From: Bacteroidaceae bacterium
Lineage (GTDB): Bacteria > Bacteroidota > Bacteroidia > Bacteroidales > Bacteroidaceae
NCBI GenBank assembly: GCA_017616445.1
Contig: JAFZYE010000004.1
Coordinates: 28,841-92,840, forward strand
Reading direction: 5' to 3'
DNA length: 64,000 nt
This document shows, one piece after another, positions 27,901 to 36,626 of this stretch (the stretch's first letter is position 1; each line of letters starts with the position of its first letter). The position numbers and the translations under genes were made by a program. The notes under the pieces were generated by a model. That model was not told where the DNA came from, searched no databases, and saw nothing but the letters and a program-made list of their open reading frames with translations.

Positions 27901-28284
27901 ATTATTCATTTGGCGGCAGAGAACAATATACCATTTGATATCAGCAGTAAGTTGGGCATCATTGTTCCTTTCCGACGTCAGATTGTTGCTGTGAGACAAG
28001 CATTGTGTGCACAAGACATATGTGATGTTGATAAGATAATGATAGATACTGTAGAACGCTATCAAGGTAGTCAGCGTGATGTGATCATCTATGGTACCAC
28101 CATCACTCAGCCCTACGAGTTAGACATGTTGTCCAACACTGTAGATGTAGGAGGATGCTATGTGGATCGCAAACTCAATGTGGCTGTCACTCGTGCCCGC
28201 CTTCAGCTTTTCGTGCTCGGCAATCGTCAACTTCTGAGTCGCAATCCTGTTTATCGTGAGTTGATTAATTATGCCCAGCACTGA
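24961..28284 (+). CDS. PD-(D/E)xK nuclease + SF1 (Dna2/Nam7/Upf1-like) helicase fusion protein
   Basis: 1107 aa. Nuclease motifs GRFDFLQCDYKNLIEMKSGQWD and QMILYKEILY (QxxxY). Helicase motifs GPPGTGKT, ILDEASQ, IGDHKQLPAV, ERYQGSQRDVIIY, NVAVTRAR. Confidence 0.8.
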   Translation: MNPEQWNDIIEMYGSEQSLRVKYSFYYHLLHRVCTECLRGLTTTYNDFFSRLQAVCRLTNYRLYEVDRFRWRARRVMQGEEEPQSETYEADIWAFVEAYAHFTKSAIPEELRVAIRSRIDVRKNMDKQPHKGAKGSCYRSMRFVVDSKDEEFIYAVCGKMPREDLWRIDFHQNSQTLDASELLENGMQFNAVTCTMDEQRGVVVPEMLIIDPDFLVDVTSICRCMKEYGSSPLNYLLDKLSDDDMSKAMILGNIAGQFLDDCINDPQANYLDSMRKAFKASMIDITTCEGIDADFFGECKKQFANIRRTVDQLYAAPNFTGAEGNVQLEPSFFCEALGIQGRFDFLQCDYKNLIEMKSGQWDAFCQAAKREHIMQMILYKEILYHNLGVAQNAISGYIFYSRYPMLQEQRTAREMVWQMMSIRNSIVMEERGVRDGKVRDYLGHLTADDLNQNGVTNKLWTDYNKPDLEAFLKPIQEMDSLTADYFYTFFTFIAREQYMAKVGDNRPDSTRGMASLWNADLETKMQNGDIMIDLTLVQDEVMCTGKPITHVTLLKPATDTSVMELPPNFRVGDPVILYQRNKPADNAVTRQVLRCSVEGFDNDTLTLQLNHPQTNVRWFNLASRYAVEHDYMDASMRQQFKGLYAFLKVASQRRDLLLGRRLPEVDGSLRLKGTYMNPQIANIVLRVKQAQDYFLLVGPPGTGKTSVALKAMVEEYMLEHQSLLLMAYTNRAVDEICEMLADRPYIRLGRDLSCDPAYRSHLLEAMVGDDVSRNAVRSMLLNIPILVGTVSSVSSHKALFKLRRFDVAILDEASQILEPQLLGLLCNEHDGKPSIDKFIMIGDHKQLPAVVLQDEEVTKVASSQLNAIGLTNCSNSLFERLFFLAKQIPDRCVTASLDHQGRMHPDIAAFVNRLFYDEHLMPVGLKHQTEPLHYLVHTEAETYVATTRFGFIDIPLPPLAERQPKMNLAEAQAIAEIVGQIIHLAAENNIPFDISSKLGIIVPFRRQIVAVRQALCAQDICDVDKIMIDTVERYQGSQRDVIIYGTTITQPYELDMLSNTVDVGGCYVDRKLNVAVTRARLQLFVLGNRQLLSRNPVYRELINYAQH

Positions 28285-28421
28285 CCTTTTGACCAGAAGG
28301 GTTATTGCTTTGCAATAGGATTATCCTTATTATCGTAAGAAAAATCATAAATTATCTTAATAAGTTTTGTGAGTTTCGATAATAATTCGTAATTTTGTGC
28401 ACATAAACAGAAGTACGAATT

Positions 28422-29552
28422 ATGAGGAAACAATATAAATACATATTATTCGGAGCTTTGATGTGTGTTACTTTTGTGTCTCATGCTCAAAAGAATAGCG
28501 TGGGACAATACACATTCAAGGATGGCTCAGTTTACGAAGGGCAGTTGACCAACGGAAAACCTAATGGACGGGGTAAGACCACCTTCCAGACAGGTGACAC
28601 CTATGAAGGAGAATACCTGAAAGGAAAGCGTCAAGGGGAAGGTACTTATGCTTTTACCGATGGAGAAAAGTATGTCGGATCATGGGTGAATGACCATCAG
28701 CACGGGCATGGAGTTTACGTGTTCTCAAATGGCAATAAATACGAAGGATTATGGTATACTGATTATCAGGAGGGTCAAGGCACGATGTTCTATCACAACG
28801 GAGATAAGTACGTTGGTGAGTGGCATCAGGATATGCGTGAAGGTGAGGGAGTCTATACATGGGCGAACGGCGCTTTTTATCGTGGCACATGGGCTGGCGA
28901 TAAGAAAAACGGAAAAGGCTTGTTTGATTGGGCTGATGGTTCTACCTATTATGGGGATATGAAAGATGATGTCCGTGAAGGCTATGGCTCGTATAACTAT
29001 GCAAATGGCGATGTGTATAAAGGCCAATGGAAGAACGATATGATGGAAGGAAAGGGTATCTATACCTTTAAGAACGGAGATAAGTATGAAGGAGAATATG
29101 TAGCAGGCAAACGTCAAGGTCAAGGGATATTCACCTATGTAGATGGTAACAGATACATGGGCTCGTTCAAAAATGGAATGATGGAAGGTTTCGGAACCTA
29201 TACGTGGTCAGACGGCTCTGTCTATGAGGGATATTGGTCAGAGGATCATCAGCAAGGTCGTGGGAAGTATACGAACAAAGACGGTGATTTGTATGATGGC
29301 AATTGGCTGGCAGGTGAAATGCATGGAGAAGGTGTGCTGCGCATGAAGGACGGATATAAGTTCAAAGGAATTTTCAGTAATGGAAAGAAGAATGGTAAGT
29401 GTGTGGAGGAGGATAAAGACGGTATTCGCTTTGAAGGCTCATACGTTGATGATGTACGAGATGGTGCCTTTGTGGAGAAAGACCGAAATGGGGCAGTGCT
29501 GCGCAAAGGTTATTATAAAAAAGGTGTAATTGAAGTAACAAACAATAACTAA
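28422..29552 (+). CDS. MORN-repeat protein, secreted
   Basis: Signal peptide followed by about 14 tandem Y-x-G-x-W/Y-x-x-G-x-x-x-G-x-G repeats. Confidence 0.85.
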   Translation: MRKQYKYILFGALMCVTFVSHAQKNSVGQYTFKDGSVYEGQLTNGKPNGRGKTTFQTGDTYEGEYLKGKRQGEGTYAFTDGEKYVGSWVNDHQHGHGVYVFSNGNKYEGLWYTDYQEGQGTMFYHNGDKYVGEWHQDMREGEGVYTWANGAFYRGTWAGDKKNGKGLFDWADGSTYYGDMKDDVREGYGSYNYANGDVYKGQWKNDMMEGKGIYTFKNGDKYEGEYVAGKRQGQGIFTYVDGNRYMGSFKNGMMEGFGTYTWSDGSVYEGYWSEDHQQGRGKYTNKDGDLYDGNWLAGEMHGEGVLRMKDGYKFKGIFSNGKKNGKCVEEDKDGIRFEGSYVDDVRDGAFVEKDRNGAVLRKGYYKKGVIEVTNNN

Positions 29553-29563
29553 TCATACAGACT

Positions 29564-30013
29564 ATGATAATTGATTCATTAACGAACATTGGTAAATATG
29601 TGGTATTGAACCCATTGTTTCAGTATGTAGCAGACTATTTCCATAACAATGACTTAGCATCGAAACCAGAAGGAAAGGAAGTCATTAAAGGAGATGACTT
29701 GTTCGCCAACTTTGTTGTGACGAAAGGGAAGAAAAAGGAGGAAGCAAAGTTGGAAACGCATGATAAGATGATTGATATTCAAGTTCCAATCAGTGGAGCA
29801 GAGATTATGGGTTATACTCCACGTGTGGACTTGCCTGTAAATCCATATAATCAAGAAAAAGACATCACTTTCTATGAAGGGTTGGCACAGCAATATGTAA
29901 CGATTTATCCTGGGATGTTTGTCATTTTCTTCCCTGAAGATGGACATGCACCAGCCATTGCAGATACAGACCAATTAAAGAAAGTGATATTCAAGATCAA
30001 GGATATTAAATAA
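29564..30013 (+). CDS. YhcH/YjgK/YiaL (DUF386, EbgC-like) family protein
   Basis: 149 aa: ...THDKMIDIQVPISGAEIMGY...FFPEDGHAP. Confidence 0.75.
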   Translation: MIIDSLTNIGKYVVLNPLFQYVADYFHNNDLASKPEGKEVIKGDDLFANFVVTKGKKKEEAKLETHDKMIDIQVPISGAEIMGYTPRVDLPVNPYNQEKDITFYEGLAQQYVTIYPGMFVIFFPEDGHAPAIADTDQLKKVIFKIKDIK

Positions 30014-30033
30014 TCAAAAATAAAGAATCGCCT

Positions 30034-32067
30034 ATGCCTAAGAAAACTACTACACCCAAAGTTGAAAAGATCGGTCTTGTTAAGAATGATGCTTGGCTAG
30101 AGCCTTTTGAAGACGCTATTAAGGGGCGTCATGAACATGCGTTATATAAATTGAATGAACTCACGAATGGAGGTAAGCAGACATTGTCGGATTTTGCTTC
30201 GGGCTATCTTTATTTCGGACTTCATAAGACTGACAAAGGTTGGGTTTTCCGTGAATGGGCTCCGAATGCAACTGCCATTTTCATGATTGGTGATTTCAAT
30301 AGCTGGACGGAGCTACCCCAGTATCAGTTGAAGGCAAAGAAAAACGGAGTATGGGAGTTGAACCTTCCTAGTCGTGCGATGAAACACGGAGACTTGTTCA
30401 AACTCCGTATTCATTGGAATGGAGGTGAGGGTGAACGTATTCCTGCATGGGCCAACCGCGTGGTTCAAGATGATGTTACCAAGATTTTCTCAGCTCAGGT
30501 TTGGGCCCCAGAAGAAGAGTACAAATGGAAGGTAAAGAAATTTAAGCCAAACACTTCACCGCTGCTTATCTATGAGTGCCACATTGGTATGGCTCAAGAT
30601 GCGGAGAAAGTAGGAACATATACAGAGTTCAAAGATAATGTATTGCCACGTGTCATAGCAGATGGATATAACTGCATTCAGATTATGGCGATTGCAGAAC
30701 ATCCGTATTATGGTAGTTTTGGTTATCATGTCAGCAACTTCTTTGCACCATCCAGCCGTTTTGGTACTCCTGATGAATTGAAGGAGCTCATCGATGAGGC
30801 ACATAGCAAGGGGATAACTGTCATTATGGATATTGTACATTCTCATGCTGTGAAGAACGAGATGGAAGGGTTAGGTAATTTTGCAGGCGATCCTTGTCAG
30901 TATTTCATGCAAGGGGGAAGACGCGAGCACCCAGCATGGGATAGTCTTTGTTTTGATTATGGTAGGAATGAGGTGATACACTACCTGCTTAGCAACTGTA
31001 AGTATTGGTTGGAGGAGTTTCATTTCGATGGATTCCGGTTTGATGGTGTTACCAGTATGCTTTATTATAGTCATGGACTAGGCGAGGCCTTCGGAGGTTA
31101 CGGAGATTATTATAACGGACACGAAGATGATGAGGCGATAGCATATCTCACACTTGCCAACCTATTGATTCATGAGGTTCATCCAGGAGCAATAACCATT
31201 GCAGAGGAAGTAAGTGGTATGCCCGGTTTGGCGGCTCCGTTTGAAGATGGAGGATATGGTTTTGACTATCGTATGGCGATGAATATCCCAGACTATTGGA
31301 TTAAGACCATCAAAGAATTGAAGGACGAAGACTGGAAACCTTCTTCAATGTTCTGGGAATTAACGAATCGTCGAGCAGACGAAAAGACTATTTCCTATGC
31401 AGAAAGTCACGATCAGGCACTTGTTGGAGACAAGACCATCGTTTTCCGACTCATTGATGCAGACATGTATTGGCACTTTAAGAAAGGTGATGAGAACTTC
31501 ATGGCCAATCGTGGAATAGCCTTACATAAGATGATACGATTGCTGACGGCTTCCACGATCAATGGTGGCTACCTGAACTTCATGGGAAACGAGTTTGGTC
31601 ATCCTGAATGGATAGACTTCCCTCGTGAGGGAAATGGTTGGAGCCATAAGTATGCACGTCGTCAGTGGAATCTGGTAGATAACAAAGAACTCTGTTATCA
31701 CTATCTGGGCGATTTCGACAATGCCATGATTCATCTTATCGGTGGAGTGAAGGGTTTCCAGAAAACGAAAGTACAAGAGGTGTGGCATAACGATGGCGAC
31801 CAAGTACTTGCTTACACTCGTGGCGACCTGTTGTTTGTCTTCAATTTCAGTCCAGACAAGTCGTTTGCCGATTATGGATTCTTGGTAAAGGAAGGGTCCT
31901 ACAAGGTTGTGCTTAATACGGACTCAAGTGCCTATGGGGGAAACAACCTTACGGACGATACAATAGAACATTTCACAATTCCTGATGCATTATACACAAA
32001 GCAGCATAAGGGTTGGCTGAAACTCTATGTTCCTGCCCGTACTGCTGTCGTGCTGAAAAAACAATGA
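30034..32067 (+). CDS. glgB: 1,4-alpha-glucan branching enzyme (GH13)
   Basis: 677 aa with GH13 blocks VIMDIVHSH, GFRFDGVTSM, IAEEVSG, YAESHDQ. Confidence 0.9.
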   Translation: MPKKTTTPKVEKIGLVKNDAWLEPFEDAIKGRHEHALYKLNELTNGGKQTLSDFASGYLYFGLHKTDKGWVFREWAPNATAIFMIGDFNSWTELPQYQLKAKKNGVWELNLPSRAMKHGDLFKLRIHWNGGEGERIPAWANRVVQDDVTKIFSAQVWAPEEEYKWKVKKFKPNTSPLLIYECHIGMAQDAEKVGTYTEFKDNVLPRVIADGYNCIQIMAIAEHPYYGSFGYHVSNFFAPSSRFGTPDELKELIDEAHSKGITVIMDIVHSHAVKNEMEGLGNFAGDPCQYFMQGGRREHPAWDSLCFDYGRNEVIHYLLSNCKYWLEEFHFDGFRFDGVTSMLYYSHGLGEAFGGYGDYYNGHEDDEAIAYLTLANLLIHEVHPGAITIAEEVSGMPGLAAPFEDGGYGFDYRMAMNIPDYWIKTIKELKDEDWKPSSMFWELTNRRADEKTISYAESHDQALVGDKTIVFRLIDADMYWHFKKGDENFMANRGIALHKMIRLLTASTINGGYLNFMGNEFGHPEWIDFPREGNGWSHKYARRQWNLVDNKELCYHYLGDFDNAMIHLIGGVKGFQKTKVQEVWHNDGDQVLAYTRGDLLFVFNFSPDKSFADYGFLVKEGSYKVVLNTDSSAYGGNNLTDDTIEHFTIPDALYTKQHKGWLKLYVPARTAVVLKKQ

Positions 32068-33239
32068 ATTATAATAATCCATTACCACAGTCCATCAACA
32101 ACATCATACGGTTGACAACTATCGTTCTGTTTGCATTGTTCAGTTTCATTTACCTGTTTTGTATTCAGAACGATGTGCTAGCCGAGGCTCAGTATGTGTT
32201 TTCCAGTGGCCTAACTTCCTATTCACGGTTTTGGGGTGCGCTGATTATCACAGTGTTTTTGGTGGTAATCCAATTCTACGTTGCGAAAGCATCGAAGTTG
32301 GTAGGACGTTGGTATGCGCTCACTTTTTTCCCATCGTTCTTGGTTTTGGCATTTCTCACGAGTCTGAATCGTGCTGTCATTGAAGACTTTACATTTGGAC
32401 AATGGATATGGGCACTACCGTTGCTGATAGTGTTGTTTATCCTATTGTTATATATTAAAAGACGTCTTCCTGGTGAAAGCATCAATGAGGGTGATTATCA
32501 CCTTTCCCGATATTTGTGGCCTAATTATGCGATTTTGTTCTTGATGATGATAATCTGTGGTGCAAATGCATCAGCAGATGATGTCTATATGTATGAGTTG
32601 AAGGCAGAACGCTTGTTGCTCGAAGACGATTTTGAAGGAGCAAGCAGGGTAGGAGAGAAGTCGTTGAATACCTCCCCGCGATTGAACGAGATGCGAATGT
32701 ATGCTTTGGCTCGACAAGGGTTGTTGGGCGAGAAACTGTTTGATTATCCGCAACCTTATGCCGAGCAGTCGCTGATGATGATGGAAGATACTGTCACCCG
32801 TTTACATCGTTTTACCTGTAAGGATATTCAAAAGTCGTTAGGGGCGTGGGCAAATACTTCTGTAACGACTTTCGACCATTATATCAGTCTGCTGAAGAAA
32901 AATCCCTCAACCCGATATAATCCATTGCTGGCAGACTATCTCCTCTGCGGGAAACTGTTACAGAAAGATTTGCGTGGGTTCACTCAGACCATTAAGCATT
33001 ACTACAATCTGTCATCTCCAGCTGATGTGCAAGATCTTCCGAAAGCCTACCGCGAAGCATTGTTATTACAGGCAAAGGCGATAGGCCAGGATTCGCTCAA
33101 TGCTTTTGTTGACACGCTGATGTTGACTGAATACAAAGACTATTGTGCCATCCTCGAGTCCGACGATAGTGAACTAATTCGCAAGAATAAGCTGAGACGG
33201 TCGTATGGTAACACGCTCTGGTGGTATTTAGATAATTAA
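32064..33239 (+). CDS. hypothetical polytopic membrane protein with soluble helical C-terminal half
   Basis: The ATG at 32064 overlaps the glgB stop as ATGA. It has 5-6 predicted TM segments and then a hydrophilic domain. I recognised no motif. Confidence 0.6.
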   Translation: MNYNNPLPQSINNIIRLTTIVLFALFSFIYLFCIQNDVLAEAQYVFSSGLTSYSRFWGALIITVFLVVIQFYVAKASKLVGRWYALTFFPSFLVLAFLTSLNRAVIEDFTFGQWIWALPLLIVLFILLLYIKRRLPGESINEGDYHLSRYLWPNYAILFLMMIICGANASADDVYMYELKAERLLLEDDFEGASRVGEKSLNTSPRLNEMRMYALARQGLLGEKLFDYPQPYAEQSLMMMEDTVTRLHRFTCKDIQKSLGAWANTSVTTFDHYISLLKKNPSTRYNPLLADYLLCGKLLQKDLRGFTQTIKHYYNLSSPADVQDLPKAYREALLLQAKAIGQDSLNAFVDTLMLTEYKDYCAILESDDSELIRKNKLRRSYGNTLWWYLDN

Positions 33240-33255
33240 AACGAAACAAACATAG

Positions 33256-33960
33256 ATGAAGAATAGATTTTACATCGTAGTTGTATCCTCTTTGGTGGTG
33301 CTGTCCTATGTGTCGTGTGCCGACAAGTATGTGATTGAAGGTACTACTTCACAGTACTTCCAAGACGGAACAGTTGCCTATATCAAACAGTTTGAAGTGG
33401 GTTCTCAGGATTATGACTTCAAAGCCATAGACTCATGTGAGGTGCTTCATGGAAAATTTGATATGACAGGAGCACTTGATTCTGTTATGATGGTACGTTT
33501 GTATATGGGAACAGACAACTTCCCAATGGTGTTGGAACCGGGAAAAGTTACCATCAGTATTGCTGATAATATAGTAAAGATCGAAGGAACAGAGTTGAAC
33601 GAACGTCTTTATGCTTTCCTGACGCAGAGAGATTCACTGAAGATTATGTATGATGACCTTCCAAAACGTGAGAGTAAGATGTATCTGGATGGATATACCC
33701 AGCAGGAAATCATACAGGAACTGGGAGCGGAAGAACTCAGGCTGCAAAACGAAGTGGATCGTCTTGAAACTCGTTTTGTGAAAGACAACTACGATAATGT
33801 GTTAGGAGTAACTTGGTTCTTACGCCTTTGTTATGAGGCGAGAGACTATTATGGCTTCGTTACCACAACTCCTCAGATTGACGAGATTTATATGCAAGCG
33901 CCCGATTCTTTTAAGAAGAACAGGTTGGTATCGACTTATATGAGTCAGGTAAATAACTAA
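33256..33960 (+). CDS. lipoprotein, possibly DUF4369-like
   Basis: Lipobox LSYVSC. The N-terminal beta-rich segment YVIEGTTSQYFQDGTVAYIK resembles DUF4369. This assignment is weak. Confidence 0.5.
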   Translation: MKNRFYIVVVSSLVVLSYVSCADKYVIEGTTSQYFQDGTVAYIKQFEVGSQDYDFKAIDSCEVLHGKFDMTGALDSVMMVRLYMGTDNFPMVLEPGKVTISIADNIVKIEGTELNERLYAFLTQRDSLKIMYDDLPKRESKMYLDGYTQQEIIQELGAEELRLQNEVDRLETRFVKDNYDNVLGVTWFLRLCYEARDYYGFVTTTPQIDEIYMQAPDSFKKNRLVSTYMSQVNN

Positions 33961-33973
33961 AAGAGCTTATTAG

Positions 33974-34468
33974 ATGACGACACCAGACATATTATTCATG
34001 TGTGCGGCATTGCTGAATGGCGTTGGGTTGCTTGGAACATTTGTTCCAGGGCTTCCTGGACCACCACTTAGTTTCGTTGGTCTGGTCTTGTGTTGTATTG
34101 CGGCTCCCAATCCAATAATTATCATCCTTGCAGTGATGGTATTTTTATTGGTTTTGGCTGTCACCATACTTGATTTTGTCGTGCCAGGGTGGCTTACGAA
34201 TAAGGCTGGTGGGTGTAAAAAAGCTGTGTGGGGAGCAAACATCGGTTTGCTTGTAGGCTTGTTTTATACACCAATCGGTTTGCTGCTTGGCCCATTCCTT
34301 GGTGCTTTCTTAGGAGAGTATATGGAATCACACAAATTACAGCAGTCATTGAAAGTTTCTGCCTACACATTTCTTTCTGTCCTGATTGGCACGATGTTCA
34401 AACTTGTTACTTGTATTGCAATTCTTCTGATGTGTGGAGGCAATGCAATCTGGTATTATTGCTTTTGA
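33974..34468 (+). CDS. DUF456-family membrane protein
   Basis: 164 aa with 4 TM segments and a GLLGTFVPGLPGPPLSFVG motif. Confidence 0.65.
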   Translation: MTTPDILFMCAALLNGVGLLGTFVPGLPGPPLSFVGLVLCCIAAPNPIIIILAVMVFLLVLAVTILDFVVPGWLTNKAGGCKKAVWGANIGLLVGLFYTPIGLLLGPFLGAFLGEYMESHKLQQSLKVSAYTFLSVLIGTMFKLVTCIAILLMCGGNAIWYYCF

Positions 34469-36444
34469 GAACCTTTATCTTCTGCTGATTTGAGTGGATG
34501 AACAAAGACGAATCGCGCACCATTTGTATAAGTGGTGTCGAGATAGACTTTCCCTTGAAGCAATGTGGCCAACTGACGACAAATGGCCAATCCGAGTCCT
34601 GTACCTTGCGTGAAGATATTGAGTTTTTCAAATCGTTCAAATATTAAATCAGCTTTCTCAGCGGGTACTCCCACTCCTGTGTCTGTAACAGAGAAAGTAA
34701 TCATGTCAGGGTTCTCTTTTAAAGAGCAATGTACATGTATTTCTCCTTCTGTTGTATGTTTCATGGCATTCGTCAGATAGTTGATGATGATTTGTTGAAC
34801 GCGTTGTGCATCAGAATAGATTTCAAAATCATCCTCAACTTCTGTCGTATAATACAAATTGATGTTTGCAGGGCAACGATATGATACTGTCTGTATGGCT
34901 TTTTTGCAGATTTCGTTTGGGTGACAGTGGTCAAGGAATATGTGGTACTTTCCACTTTCCATGTCGCTGACATCAAGGATGTCATTAACGAGTGTGGACA
35001 ACATGTCGGTATTACCTCTCACGATTTCGCCATATTGCTGGATTTCTTCATCGGAGAGTAGGGCACGAGAGTCAATGTCGGTAAGTAGTTGTGAGAATCC
35101 GCAGATGGCGTTTAGCGGTGTGCGTAATTCGTGACTCATGTTCTGCAAGAAGATTTTCTGAGTGTTGTTCGCTCGGGCGATTTTCTTTGCGTCAGATTTT
35201 TGTCGGAAGTAAAGAATGAGGACGAGTATGATGATTACGAGTGCTGCTATACCACCTCCGATGAGTGCATAACGCAGTATTTCGTTTTTTTGTGCTTGGA
35301 TGTTGAAGAGCTTGTAGCGCGTTTCCATTTCCATGATTTGATTTGAGAACGTTTCGTCGAATGCCCATGAAATGCGGTGGGCAATGTAGCGTTCCCACTC
35401 ATAAGCTTCGCCATAACGACCCATCGCAGCAAGTACTCTTGCCTGCTCTTCCTGATAGATTAGCGGGGCGACGGTATCTAAACCTTCTATACAGATCCAT
35501 GCAGTGTCTGGACGGTTGCAAGCAACGAAGTATCGCGCCATCATCATGTTGCGGAGCTTCGTATCGATTTCGTCGAGAGGAGCATCGATTTCCTTTGTTC
35601 TGTATAGTTCGATGCGGGCGCTGTCGAGGTTTTCTTCATAGAGGTAATAGCCGATTGCATAAGCATGCTGCATGGTACGATAATAATCGAGTTCGTTTTC
35701 TGTCTTACGCGACTCTTCTTTCTGTACCATCGCTCCGATTTCGTTGGTGTAGGTGAGCAGTTCCTCGGGCTTTCCCACGTTGTTGAGGAAATGACAAATG
35801 GTCATGGCTAAGTAGAGTGCCTCCGAATAGTCATTTTCGTTTTCCTTGCTCAGTTCAAACGCTTTCTTTGCATATTCCAAGGCCTTGAAGTCTTGGAATA
35901 TTTCGGAGTACGAATGTGCCAGGATTTCGTTGGCTTTCATAAGCCCGTAGTGGTCTTCAGAAGCGAAATCGCGAAACATTTCGTTGGCCAGATCGTACAC
36001 ATTCACAAAGTTTCCTTCGTAGATATACTGGTAAGCAAGATAACTCTTTGCGTCTGCTAAAACATGCCGGTATTCCTTGCTCTTTAGGTTCAGGTTTACT
36101 ATCTTTTCATACGAAGCAATCAGTGTATCCGTTTCATATCCGATATTATATTGGCATCGCATAATGTTGCGTAGGCAATGAAGCTTGTATTTGTCATTAT
36201 TGTTTGTTTCCGCGAGTGCAAGCAATTTTTTCAGAAGCATAAGCTCACACTCAGAATTAAGTGTGAGACGACACCAGTGGTAGAGTGAATCCATGCGTGC
36301 TTTGTCACCTTGAATGTTTTCAAGTCGTCTGATATAATCCTGCTGAATTGAATCTTCTTCTGACGGATTTGTTTGACCCGATAGGTCAGTGGTCAACATA
36401 AATTCCACAATAAATAGAGAAACAAATAACAATATCCGATTCAT
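34456..36444 (-). CDS. sensor histidine kinase with TPR-like N-terminal sensor region (no receiver domain)
   Basis: HisKA H-box FLQNMSHELRTPLNAI and HATPase_c blocks (DTGVGVP, GTGLGLAICR). The ATG at 36444 (MNRILLFVSLF) fits a signal/anchor. The ORF is open to 36501. Confidence 0.85.
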   Translation of the reverse strand: MNRILLFVSLFIVEFMLTTDLSGQTNPSEEDSIQQDYIRRLENIQGDKARMDSLYHWCRLTLNSECELMLLKKLLALAETNNNDKYKLHCLRNIMRCQYNIGYETDTLIASYEKIVNLNLKSKEYRHVLADAKSYLAYQYIYEGNFVNVYDLANEMFRDFASEDHYGLMKANEILAHSYSEIFQDFKALEYAKKAFELSKENENDYSEALYLAMTICHFLNNVGKPEELLTYTNEIGAMVQKEESRKTENELDYYRTMQHAYAIGYYLYEENLDSARIELYRTKEIDAPLDEIDTKLRNMMMARYFVACNRPDTAWICIEGLDTVAPLIYQEEQARVLAAMGRYGEAYEWERYIAHRISWAFDETFSNQIMEMETRYKLFNIQAQKNEILRYALIGGGIAALVIIILVLILYFRQKSDAKKIARANNTQKIFLQNMSHELRTPLNAICGFSQLLTDIDSRALLSDEEIQQYGEIVRGNTDMLSTLVNDILDVSDMESGKYHIFLDHCHPNEICKKAIQTVSYRCPANINLYYTTEVEDDFEIYSDAQRVQQIIINYLTNAMKHTTEGEIHVHCSLKENPDMITFSVTDTGVGVPAEKADLIFERFEKLNIFTQGTGLGLAICRQLATLLQGKVYLDTTYTNGARFVFVHPLKSAEDKGSQKQ

Positions 36445-36626
36445 GATAGCACAATTAATTGTCAATGCAAATTTACGCATTTTTTTTATCCAATATGCCA
36501 ATTATCGGTAATTTCTTACATATTTTTGCAGAAAAACTCATTTTTTTCCGTATTTATTAGTTTCATTTGATAAAAAGAAGTATTTTTGCAGATACTAATC
36601 ACGAGAGAATAAAAAGAGCGTAAGAA

